Shown: piece after piece, positions 17,981 through 26,776 of the stretch | Layout of the letters: each line of letters opens with the position of its first letter | Numbering within the stretch: position 1 is the first letter of the stretch | Source: an uncultured bacterium | GTDB lineage: Bacteria; CAYUVA01 | Assembly: GCA_964448115.1 (NCBI GenBank) | Contig: CAYUVA010000043.1 | Span: 1-39,414 of the forward strand | Reading direction: 5' to 3' | Length of the DNA: 39,414 nt | Program-made: the position numbers and the translations under genes | The notes under the pieces: model-generated | Seen by the model: only the letters and a program-made list of their open reading frames with translations | Told to the model about the DNA's origin: nothing | The model's database searches: none

Positions 17981-18520
17981 ATTGTAACTAAAAGAGAAAT
18001 CATCACTACCCTCGTTGTATCAGTAATTGTACTGATTGGAACCGTTTACCTGGCATCGATGATCCGTTCGCCAAGAAAGATTAACCCATCGAATACGGAA
18101 ACATTCAGCGGCGATTGCGTTGAGTATAACCTCCTTGAATGGTGCATATCCGAGATATCTACAGCCAAGCCATCCTTTGCTGCAATCGATATGGTTCAAG
18201 ATACTGATGATCTTCTCGCTTTACGCCTTTGCCTGAAGAATAAGGGTAATGATCGATTCCTGTTTCATAACTCTATGTTAACCTTGATCGATGGCAGGGG
18301 CAGGACGTACAATGCCCTTGGCATCGTTAGCAACATAGATGCCAGCGGGATCAACACATCCATTGTACTCCCCGATGGTGAGCTGGATGTCATTGCATAT
18401 TTCCCAAAGCCAAAAAACCAGGCAAACCTGAAGCTCAAGATAGCCTTATCGGAACAGAAAAGGGAGCGTATAATCTATCAGCTCGGTAAAAAGCGGGGGC
18501 TGAAACCGAAAAGCAAGTAG
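17981..18520 (+). CDS. Membrane-anchored hypothetical protein (DUF4352-like, tentative); start may be ATT 17981 rather than ATG 18059
   Basis: LKNKGND..LTLIDGRGRTY..VLPDGE..F pattern; frame is open upstream and encodes KREIITTLVVSVIVLIGTVYLAS. Confidence 0.6.
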   Translation: MVTKREIITTLVVSVIVLIGTVYLASMIRSPRKINPSNTETFSGDCVEYNLLEWCISEISTAKPSFAAIDMVQDTDDLLALRLCLKNKGNDRFLFHNSMLTLIDGRGRTYNALGIVSNIDASGINTSIVLPDGELDVIAYFPKPKNQANLKLKIALSEQKRERIIYQLGKKRGLKPKSK

Positions 18521-18533
18521 GCAATTGACCTGT

Positions 18534-19322
18534 CTATTCTTTGTTCACGCCGACTCCGGCGTATCTTCTTCTCAGATAAAGATGCATATTAACTGCAACG
18601 ATAAGGATAAAGATACTGATCCACTGCGAGGTTGAGAGTAGCCAAACGAAGCCCCGTATCGTATCCCCGCGTAAAAACTCGATTAAGAACCGAGTGATGG
18701 CATACATTATAAGGAAATTCCAGGTTATCCACCCCGGATATGCTCTCCTCTTCCACAACAGCATGACTATAACAAAGAGCATCCAGCCGTTGAGCGATGA
18801 ATATAACTGCGTAGGGTGTATGGCGCATGAATATCCATAGTGGTCATAAGGAATGCTCCCCGGCGGGAAGGTTACACCAAAGGGGAGGTCGGTCGGCTTG
18901 CCAAAGCAACAGCCACTTAGGAAACAGCCGATGCGGGTGATGCCGATGCCCATAGCAACGCTCGGCGCCATATAGTCTAGATAGCGATGAATATCTATCT
19001 TCTTATAGCGACCATACAAATAGGCGGCTATCAGCGAAAGTATCACTCCTCCGTACATCACGAAGCCTCCGCTGCGCAACCTAAAATAGGAGCGGGGATT
19101 ATCGAGAAATGTACCAAAGGTCGTGATGACATAGGTCAGTTTTGATCCAACCAGGGCAGCAATGATTATGATGATAGCCATGTTGAGGAGCGTCTCTGGG
19201 TTCTCCCCATCCTTCTTCGCCAAGTACTGCGCCAGGGTAACGCCGGCTACAAATGCGATGCCGAGCATCAGCCCATAAGCGTAGATTTCAAGCGGTCCCA
19301 GCCTCAGTATGATAGGATGCAT
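18534..19322 (-). CDS. lgt: Prolipoprotein diacylglyceryl transferase
   Basis: MHPIIL..YAYGLM, GGFVMYGG, RIGCFLSGCCFG, HPTQLY, RFLIEFLRGD. Confidence 0.95.
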   Translation of the reverse strand: MHPIILRLGPLEIYAYGLMLGIAFVAGVTLAQYLAKKDGENPETLLNMAIIIIIAALVGSKLTYVITTFGTFLDNPRSYFRLRSGGFVMYGGVILSLIAAYLYGRYKKIDIHRYLDYMAPSVAMGIGITRIGCFLSGCCFGKPTDLPFGVTFPPGSIPYDHYGYSCAIHPTQLYSSLNGWMLFVIVMLLWKRRAYPGWITWNFLIMYAITRFLIEFLRGDTIRGFVWLLSTSQWISIFILIVAVNMHLYLRRRYAGVGVNKE

Positions 19323-19390
19323 AGCAGTTGCTATATATAACAACCCAATCGGGATTGCAACCTGGAAATAGGCATAAGGCGTGAGATTAT

Positions 19391-19419
19391 TTTAACCACA
19401 AAGGCACAAAGACACAAAG
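19391..19419 (+). repeat. CACAAAG-family repeat, three perfect units at 8-nt period
   Basis: tttaac-cacaaag-g-cacaaag-a-cacaaag. Confidence 0.85.
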
Positions 19420-19570
19420 AGAGAAAAGAGATCGGATACTCACTATATGGTCGAAACAAGCACGACCGCAATGGGTTGCAAGCAACCTATAGAATACCGA
19501 TGTCATTCGCTTTTGAGCCATGCTCAATGCCGATGAGAAACTTGGAATGACAGTTAAGGCAAGAAAATTA

Positions 19571-19612
19571 TGACCTGCGAAATTGCGTTATCTTTCTTAA
19601 GAGGTGATCTAA
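19571..19612 (+). repeat. 42-bp dispersed repeat, copy 1
   Basis: 33/42 identical, ungapped, to 39302-39343. Confidence 0.75.
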
Positions 19613-19660
19613 TATGAGAAAAACCACTGGCTCGAAATATGCCAAATATCGGTCATCTGC

Positions 19661-19689
19661 TTGCAGGTATAGGAATTCTCGGCTATATT
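19661..19689 (+). promoter_or_regulatory. Probable promoter for the phosphoesterase-GT9 genes
   Basis: TTGCAG-17-TATATT, 10 nt before ATG 19700; no SD. Confidence 0.4.
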
Positions 19690-19699
19690 TCACTGTATT

Positions 19700-20740
19700 A
19701 TGGTAACTAAATTACTAAAACTTTCATCCAGTCGTAATCATCTTCGCCTTTTACTGACAATAGGGTTCCTATTTTTTGCCTGTTCATCGCTGGTAGCCTC
19801 AGAGGCAGACCTGAATATTACAATAGCGATAATCGCCGACCCTCACCTGGGAGTTAATACCCCTGACCGACCGCCAAAGGCGTTCACCTTGAGCCTATCG
19901 TTGCTCAGCGAGGCTATCAACCGAGTAAATAATAGACCAGATATCGATGCAGTCTTATTCCCCGGCGATCTGCTAAAGGACGCAGAACCAGGGAACCTAT
20001 CCAAGCTGAAGCAGTTGCTAGGCAGGCTGAGCAAACCGTATTTTATGGCAATCGGAAACCATGACTTCTATGACAATCGCAAGGGGAAGCTGACCAAACA
20101 GCAGTTCATGGATGCTTTCCCTAAAGGCGGGTTCAAGGGCGGCAGATCATATTACCTAGCACAGCTTTGCGACCAGTTGAACCTTATAGTGCTCGACACC
20201 AACATATCAGGCAGAGCCGATGGCATATTGCCAAGTGAGCAATTGCAATGGCTGAAGAAAGTACTCGCGGGTACAAGCAATACGCCAGCTATTATCATGG
20301 CTCATCACTCCCTGGCATTCCATCATCCTGACGATAAGATGAGGCAGTGGCGCATCTTTAGCATCCGAAATATGGAGCAAGTGCAAAAAGAGATCCTCGC
20401 TTCGCCGAATGTAATAGCGGTCATCACCGGGCATCACCATCTGGCAAGCGTTCGAGTCATCGATGATCTCCCCTTCATCTCGGTTCCCTCAGCCCTTGTC
20501 TATCCTACCGCCATGGCATTAATGCGGATCTATAAGGATACCATCATGTACCGCACCATAAAGCTCGGAGATGATAAGACAAGGAACAAATCACTAGAGG
20601 TTCTCAAATGCGACATCTTATACCTCCCATCATTTCCACCCCCGAAGCTGGGATGGTTCGAGATGCTAAAAAGGGCGGTCGAGGGCAAAGAGTCCGATAA
20701 TCATTTTATATTGAAAAGCCGTTTCCGAGTGGCAGATTAG
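19700..20740 (+). CDS. Calcineurin-like metallophosphoesterase, exported
   Basis: ADPH, PGDL, GNHD, AHH, GHHH; N-terminal signal-like segment. Confidence 0.9.
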   Translation: MVTKLLKLSSSRNHLRLLLTIGFLFFACSSLVASEADLNITIAIIADPHLGVNTPDRPPKAFTLSLSLLSEAINRVNNRPDIDAVLFPGDLLKDAEPGNLSKLKQLLGRLSKPYFMAIGNHDFYDNRKGKLTKQQFMDAFPKGGFKGGRSYYLAQLCDQLNLIVLDTNISGRADGILPSEQLQWLKKVLAGTSNTPAIIMAHHSLAFHHPDDKMRQWRIFSIRNMEQVQKEILASPNVIAVITGHHHLASVRVIDDLPFISVPSALVYPTAMALMRIYKDTIMYRTIKLGDDKTRNKSLEVLKCDILYLPSFPPPKLGWFEMLKRAVEGKESDNHFILKSRFRVAD

Positions 20741-20752
20741 CACTAAGCCCGC

Positions 20753-21826
20753 ATGTCAGGATATTGTTCTAAAAAGCAAAATATATTGGTTATCAGTGCA
20801 ACCGGCATCGGCAATGCCATAATGGCGACTCCCCTGCTGGAAGCGTTGAGCAAGAGCAAACGCGGGTACTCGATCCACCTGCTCTGTAGTCGGGCTGCCA
20901 GCTCCCTTTTCGAACATGATGATAGAATTGACCAGCTCATTTACTTTGACCAGGCAAGGGAGCATCGATTCCTTGGCACTTGCAGGCTGGCTAGAGAGCT
21001 TCGCGCACGCCGTTTCCTGGTGGCGATCAATACATTCCCCGGCGCCAAGGTTCGCTATGCCTTATTGTGCTATCTAGCCGGCATCCCTACTAGGATATCC
21101 CATAGATATCGATTCCCAAGTACTTACAAGAATGTCAATTTCCTTTACACCCATCTTTTGCCCTACGAGGAGGGCATTCATGAGACCCTCTTGAATTCAA
21201 TGCTTCTCAAGCCCCTTAATATCAATATAGAAGGTAGAGCCGAATATGCCTTGCGAATCCCTGAGCACCCAAGGGATGTAGTAAAGGGATTCCTTGAACA
21301 ACAAGGCTTGGATGGATGTTCTGTCCTCATCGGCATCCACCCCGGCGCAGGGGATAGCCCGCTGGGAAGAGCCAAACGATGGAATCCCAAATGTTACGTT
21401 GACTTGATCGCTAGACTTTCAGAGCATAAGGATGTCGGCATCATCATCATACAAGGACCCAGCGAGGCTAGAGAGGTAAGGGATATCCTCTCCTCGGTAC
21501 CTGCAAACGACAAGATCAAGGTCTCTTCAGGGCTGAATCTAGTGGAAACCGCGCAAATGTTGCGAAGGCTCAGGGCATTGATAACCACTGATTCTGGCAT
21601 CGGGCACCTGGCAGCAGCCATGCATACGCCGGTCATAAGCTTGTTCGGTCCCTCGGACTACAGGCGCACCGCCCCTCTTGGAGAGCGTAATATGCTCATT
21701 CGCCATCAACTCGATTGCTATGGCTGCTACAGCGTCTATCAGCCTCTTACCTGCGACCGCAATTACCGCTGCATGGATGAAATTACCGTCAGCGAGGTAT
21801 ATGAAACGGTACAACGATTCCTTTGA
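20753..21826 (+). CDS. Glycosyltransferase family 9 (heptosyltransferase-like)
   Basis: GIGNAIMATP, IGIHPGA..KRW, TDSGIGHLAAA, SLFGPS, C-terminal Cys cluster. Confidence 0.92.
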   Translation: MSGYCSKKQNILVISATGIGNAIMATPLLEALSKSKRGYSIHLLCSRAASSLFEHDDRIDQLIYFDQAREHRFLGTCRLARELRARRFLVAINTFPGAKVRYALLCYLAGIPTRISHRYRFPSTYKNVNFLYTHLLPYEEGIHETLLNSMLLKPLNINIEGRAEYALRIPEHPRDVVKGFLEQQGLDGCSVLIGIHPGAGDSPLGRAKRWNPKCYVDLIARLSEHKDVGIIIIQGPSEAREVRDILSSVPANDKIKVSSGLNLVETAQMLRRLRALITTDSGIGHLAAAMHTPVISLFGPSDYRRTAPLGERNMLIRHQLDCYGCYSVYQPLTCDRNYRCMDEITVSEVYETVQRFL

Positions 21827-21857
21827 GGTAAGATGCTGCCATGTCAGCAACCGGGCA

Positions 21858-22637
21858 TCAAAACTCGATGGCGATCCCCAGCCCGGTAAATGAATCAGTG
21901 AACATGGGCACCAGCTCGACCTTGAATCTACTATCCCCTATATCAAAGCCCTTATAGCCCCAGCCTTTGGCTTTGGCCAGGTTGTAGATACCATTGCCGA
22001 TGTATATAGCTCCCAGCGCTATCACAACCGATGCCTTGCGAATGTCTTCTTCCACCTTGCGCTGATCGATCTGCCAACTATGCGTGGAGGCATTTGGAAA
22101 AACTACATAATGAGTCCCTTTCTTGGTTATTATCTTCTCTTCAATTGCAAAATACGATAATCCGAGGATAGCAACGCCATACCCCAGGGAAAGATACCCC
22201 AATCTTCTATAATCGGACATGGTAACCGGTATGAATCGCCATCGCTTGAGCGACCAGTCATAGTATGCTGAATCGAGTGCTATCGATTGATATGCAAGAT
22301 AGGAAACCAGTCCTAGCGAGGATAGGACTGCTGAGTATGGCGATCCCTTGTATCTGCGGGTTCGTTCATAATTCTCCCAATGGAGGGCACTTTGATTATC
22401 GGTGTATTCTAACTTGTAATCTTTGCTATCTATATGGATCTCCTGATACAAGAATCCAGCAGTGGTAAGAAGCAGGCTGCCGGCAAGGGTCAACCTCATA
22501 GCGGTCTTCATGTCCCCATGATCGCGAAACCTCCATCTTGGATCATCCATGCCTATGGTATAGTCCAGCGAATATACGCTACAAACAGATAGACAAAATA
22601 ACGATATGATTAAATATGGCTGAACTTTATCTCTCAT
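21858..22637 (-). CDS. Hypothetical exported/membrane protein
   Basis: 259-aa ORF filling the gap; signal peptide, hydrophobic segments, terminal GLGIAIEF. Confidence 0.65.
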   Translation of the reverse strand: MRDKVQPYLIISLFCLSVCSVYSLDYTIGMDDPRWRFRDHGDMKTAMRLTLAGSLLLTTAGFLYQEIHIDSKDYKLEYTDNQSALHWENYERTRRYKGSPYSAVLSSLGLVSYLAYQSIALDSAYYDWSLKRWRFIPVTMSDYRRLGYLSLGYGVAILGLSYFAIEEKIITKKGTHYVVFPNASTHSWQIDQRKVEEDIRKASVVIALGAIYIGNGIYNLAKAKGWGYKGFDIGDSRFKVELVPMFTDSFTGLGIAIEF

Positions 22638-22787
22638 TTCGAAATCTGGTTTCCAAAGACTTTATCTTTATAACATTAGCATTTAGCGATAAAATTATAA
22701 AGCAACAAGCAGGCTCGGGATGGTTCGGTTAATGGTGTCTATCTGTTTGTCAAAAACCTCATCTTATGATAGTGAGAGCATGATCTG

Positions 22788-24245
22788 ATGAATAAAAAGC
22801 GAATCATCCATGTTTCCTGTCTATGCCTGGCTGGACTGCTGGTTGTAATGATGACCCTCAGTGGTTGCAAACCAAGGGAAGGCAATAAAGAAAAGGCTTC
22901 CCAAGCAATTCAGTCATCTCAATTACAGCTTAAGCAATTCATCGACCTAAAGAAGAATGTCATTCTAATCTCGATAGATACCCTCAGGGCAGATGGCTTG
23001 GGAGCATACAGCCGGTACAGCGCCAGGACGCCGGTTATGGATAAGCTAGCCAATGAGGGCTTACAGTGCCTTCGTGCATATTGTCAGATACCGGTTACTG
23101 GACCATCGCATTATAGCATCCTATCCGGCGTGTATGCCCATACACACAATGTCTATAAGAATGGCAAGCCTTATAATGGTTCATTTCCCAGCCTGGCATC
23201 CATCCTGAAGAAAAAGGGATATCGTTGTGCCGCATTCATCAGCGGTACACCGCTCGCCGGCGATATAACCGCATTGAGCGAAGAATTCCATACATACCAA
23301 GACTCCTTCTTATCCAAGAATGGTCAAGATGCCCGAGATGTCCAATACATAACCTTTGATAGGGTTGCAACCGATACCGTGGAGCTTGTCAATGATTGGC
23401 TTGAGCAGGTCGCATCGCATCGCTTCTTCCTATTTCTGCACCTCTATGATCCACATGCACCCTATCGATGTTATCCTGAGTACCTGGTGGGTGATTATGC
23501 CGGGGAATTCATGAACGCTGATTATAGTAAGATCGAGCTCATGGCTAGGGATGATCCCCTGGATAGCAATCCTTACTGGCGTTTCATGCTGGATCGATAC
23601 TACTCTGAGGTTGATTATGTTGATCATGCCCTTGCCGTGCTCATGCGCAAGCTCAAGTCTCTGGGGCTTATCGAGGATAGCATAATCGCCCTGGTATCCG
23701 ATCATGGAGAATCCTTCGATCACGGATATTTATTCGATCATACCGATAGCCTTTATGAGTCTTGTCTGAGCATTCCGCTTATCATCTATGCACCCTCAAT
23801 AAAAAAGGTAAAAGGAGTGATCGCAGAGCCAACAGAGAGCATCGACCTGGCACCAACCCTGCTTTCATTGCTCAATATACCGATCCCCGAGTACATGGAG
23901 GGTGATGATCTTTTTGTTAATGACCCCAAACAATATGCCATAGCCGAGACCAAGCCATTGAATCATCGCACTGACAGGGGATATGTCTCTGCCTTGATTT
24001 ATGATGATAAAAAGCTCATTCACAATAAAGGGCTTGAATTGTTCGAGTGCTATAACCTGCTTGCCGATCCTGGCGAGATGCAGCCGATGAAGGAAACAGG
24101 TACTGATTACGCCATGCTGGCGCAACGGTTGAAAACTTGGCAAGATAATACGATGCAATTTGCAGAGCCAAAGCTGCATGAGCCAAAGACCCCGCTTCCA
24201 GGGCATTTGAAAGAGGGTCTGCGTGCCCTTGGGTATATCAAGTAG
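22788..24245 (+). CDS. Sulfatase/alkaline-phosphatase-superfamily lipoprotein with TxPxH motif
   Basis: Lipobox LSG-C; NVILISIDTLRAD, PVTGPSH, HLYDPHAPY, SDHGE, DLAPT, YNLLADPGE, LRALGY. Confidence 0.88.
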   Translation: MNKKRIIHVSCLCLAGLLVVMMTLSGCKPREGNKEKASQAIQSSQLQLKQFIDLKKNVILISIDTLRADGLGAYSRYSARTPVMDKLANEGLQCLRAYCQIPVTGPSHYSILSGVYAHTHNVYKNGKPYNGSFPSLASILKKKGYRCAAFISGTPLAGDITALSEEFHTYQDSFLSKNGQDARDVQYITFDRVATDTVELVNDWLEQVASHRFFLFLHLYDPHAPYRCYPEYLVGDYAGEFMNADYSKIELMARDDPLDSNPYWRFMLDRYYSEVDYVDHALAVLMRKLKSLGLIEDSIIALVSDHGESFDHGYLFDHTDSLYESCLSIPLIIYAPSIKKVKGVIAEPTESIDLAPTLLSLLNIPIPEYMEGDDLFVNDPKQYAIAETKPLNHRTDRGYVSALIYDDKKLIHNKGLELFECYNLLADPGEMQPMKETGTDYAMLAQRLKTWQDNTMQFAEPKLHEPKTPLPGHLKEGLRALGYIK

Positions 24246-24251
24246 AAGCGG

Positions 24252-26759
24252 TTAATTACCGGTTAGATACTCCACACTAACTGCGCCTAGATACAAATCT
24301 AGATCTTTTGAATTTGGGGTTGTCGAGCCCCAGTAATCCCGCTGATACCAGGCAGTTAAGGTATAGTTACCTGCCACATTGACCTTGACCTCGTAAGTTA
24401 GCTGGTTCCACTCCCTCCCGATTATATTCTCTTGTCCGAGCAGATAATCCTCCAGGTAAAAAAGGGCACGAGGACCAACCATATCGTCATTGCTCATCGC
24501 CTGGATTGTGAGCCTGATCTTGCCTGGATAAAGGTAGATCGGCATGGAGGCATATCCATCGCGCCAGTAGATGTTATTGCCCGCACGACCTTGCCAGTTC
24601 TTCGCTTCGAACTTGGTGCTAAGAAGCTCTCTTTTTTTGCGGTAATCCAAGGTTGAATAGAGATTGAATGGCACGAAACCGGGATCCAAGCGGCTTATTC
24701 GATCCTTTATCTTATCCGCATGCTTGTACCTGCCGCTTCTTTGAAGCACAAGCATGTATCGATAAAGAAGATTGATATCATCCTTGGAGTCATCGATGGC
24801 GCTCGAATAGATCTCCATCGCTTCCCTCGCTTTTCCCATCACCTCCAGCCCCATTCCATAATACAGGGCTTCAAAAGGCGTGAGATTACGCTGAGGTTCT
24901 GCGGAACTTATCGCAGTCATCACCGAACCTAATAATCTCCGTGAATCGGAACCTGATAAGCTATCCACCCTGAGCACCGAGGCTAATGCCCTGGCAAGCG
25001 TAACTACAGCCAATCTATGTTGACCAGCTTGCATGAGATGCCTGGTCCTTATGGCAAGCGACTCGCCAGCAGGTTGGATATTCACCTGGTAAAGGTCGAT
25101 GGAGCACTCCTTATCGCAGCTATTAGGTGCATTTTCTTCTTGGTCTATTAGTGCATAATGAATTTTAAGCATTAGTTCACCGCTAATAAACGGCGGTATC
25201 TCAGCCCTTAAATCAAGGTATTGCAACTCACCAGGTGAATCAACAAAGGATACCTCCCCTTCAGATATCATTCTTTCGCCTATATACAAACCGATCTTGA
25301 GAGCTTGCGCATTACCAACGAGCTGCTGAAGATAAACCCTGCAATTTATGTTCTCCGATGGGTACATGCGAGTAAAGACCGCAGCCGGATATAAATCTTC
25401 CTCGAAGATGCCATCATCCTGGTAATCATAAAATATCCGTGTCGCTATGCACTTGAAAAGGCTGCTATCGTCCAGGTAAAAGGCTTGACCAGACGGCATG
25501 GAGCTAAGGTATTCAGCAAATAGTGGATGCTCGCTCTTCAGCTTTTGCCTGGTTGAACTCGCCCGGTCTGCCCGATAAAACTCCGATGCCCATTGCAAAA
25601 GCAGCGCCTCCCTCGGATGCCTGGTTAGCAGCTTGTCAAGGGCATCCCTTTCACCCCCTAGCTGGGCATCGACTATTTCATGCATCAGCGCCAGTTGACT
25701 GGAGAGCGGGATGTACTCTTCATGTCGCTCCAGCAGCTCCTTCATGCGGGGATAATCTCCCATCTCGAACAACCATCTTGCTTTCAACTCGACCGCTTCC
25801 GGGTCCGGCATCATGCTATCAAGCAGGCGATCCACGAATGGCAAAATCTCTGCCTTGAAAGGTTGCTTCGATTCTATAAGCGTCCTGGCATAGAAGAGCG
25901 CCTTGCCGAACCTTGTATTCTTGGCGTTTATCGAGGCAGCCAAAAAAAGCCCCAACGGATTCATCTTATCTTGCTCAAGCGTCCTTTGTATATATCGACC
26001 TGCCTTCTCTAGTTCCCCTTGCATGTAACAAAGCGCTGCCAGGTGGCTCAGCGACCTAATGCAAGGTTGTGCTTGCCTGATCTTATGCAGGATTTCATCG
26101 GGCAGCCTCGTTATCACTGATTGGTTCTTCTGGTGACCAGGTTCACCAAGGGAAATCAAATAATATCGTTTTGCCTTCTCGACATCCCCCTGGATGTAAG
26201 CCTTATCTCCCAGCCTGGCATAGAGATAAGATAGTCCCAGCAGGGCGTTACTGTTATCCGGGTCATATTCCATAGCCCTTAGATAACATTGTTGCGCCCG
26301 GTCGAGATTATCCTTGAGGAAATACATGTAGCCAAGGCGCTGATACAGGTTCTGGTTCTTGTAATCAAGCTCGGCGTTGCGTAGAGATCTTATTATCTCA
26401 TCGACTATAGGCTCAACCCTTCTGGCAAGGATGATGTCTCGGCTCAAGCCGATCGCCTCCAATGGAGTGATCGGCTCGAAGAATAATAAGAACTCTGACA
26501 GGATCGGCGGCAGGTGAACCTTGGATTTATTGGGATAGAGCATATCGAGCGTCATGCCGAGGCTGTACCATGCCATACCGTTGTATTTCCAGTACTTGAC
26601 CGCACGCTCAAAGTGTTCGACAGCTTCCTTGAGCCGTCCCGCCTCCATAGATCGATAGCCCTTCTTGAAATGGATATCGGAGTCAAGAGGAAACAATGCA
26701 ATAATGCAAAGCACGATGATTACTACTGCGATCGGGATTCTTAGATACAGCTTCGACAC
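24252..26759 (-). CDS. Membrane-anchored TPR protein with beta-rich C-terminal domain
   Basis: N-terminal TM; TPR motifs (AWYSLG, LYQRLG..RAMEYDPDNSNALLGL); C-terminal beta-strand pattern. Confidence 0.8.
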   Translation of the reverse strand: MSKLYLRIPIAVVIIVLCIIALFPLDSDIHFKKGYRSMEAGRLKEAVEHFERAVKYWKYNGMAWYSLGMTLDMLYPNKSKVHLPPILSEFLLFFEPITPLEAIGLSRDIILARRVEPIVDEIIRSLRNAELDYKNQNLYQRLGYMYFLKDNLDRAQQCYLRAMEYDPDNSNALLGLSYLYARLGDKAYIQGDVEKAKRYYLISLGEPGHQKNQSVITRLPDEILHKIRQAQPCIRSLSHLAALCYMQGELEKAGRYIQRTLEQDKMNPLGLFLAASINAKNTRFGKALFYARTLIESKQPFKAEILPFVDRLLDSMMPDPEAVELKARWLFEMGDYPRMKELLERHEEYIPLSSQLALMHEIVDAQLGGERDALDKLLTRHPREALLLQWASEFYRADRASSTRQKLKSEHPLFAEYLSSMPSGQAFYLDDSSLFKCIATRIFYDYQDDGIFEEDLYPAAVFTRMYPSENINCRVYLQQLVGNAQALKIGLYIGERMISEGEVSFVDSPGELQYLDLRAEIPPFISGELMLKIHYALIDQEENAPNSCDKECSIDLYQVNIQPAGESLAIRTRHLMQAGQHRLAVVTLARALASVLRVDSLSGSDSRRLLGSVMTAISSAEPQRNLTPFEALYYGMGLEVMGKAREAMEIYSSAIDDSKDDINLLYRYMLVLQRSGRYKHADKIKDRISRLDPGFVPFNLYSTLDYRKKRELLSTKFEAKNWQGRAGNNIYWRDGYASMPIYLYPGKIRLTIQAMSNDDMVGPRALFYLEDYLLGQENIIGREWNQLTYEVKVNVAGNYTLTAWYQRDYWGSTTPNSKDLDLYLGAVSVEYLTGN

Positions 26760-26776
26760 GGTCTATATAGGATACT

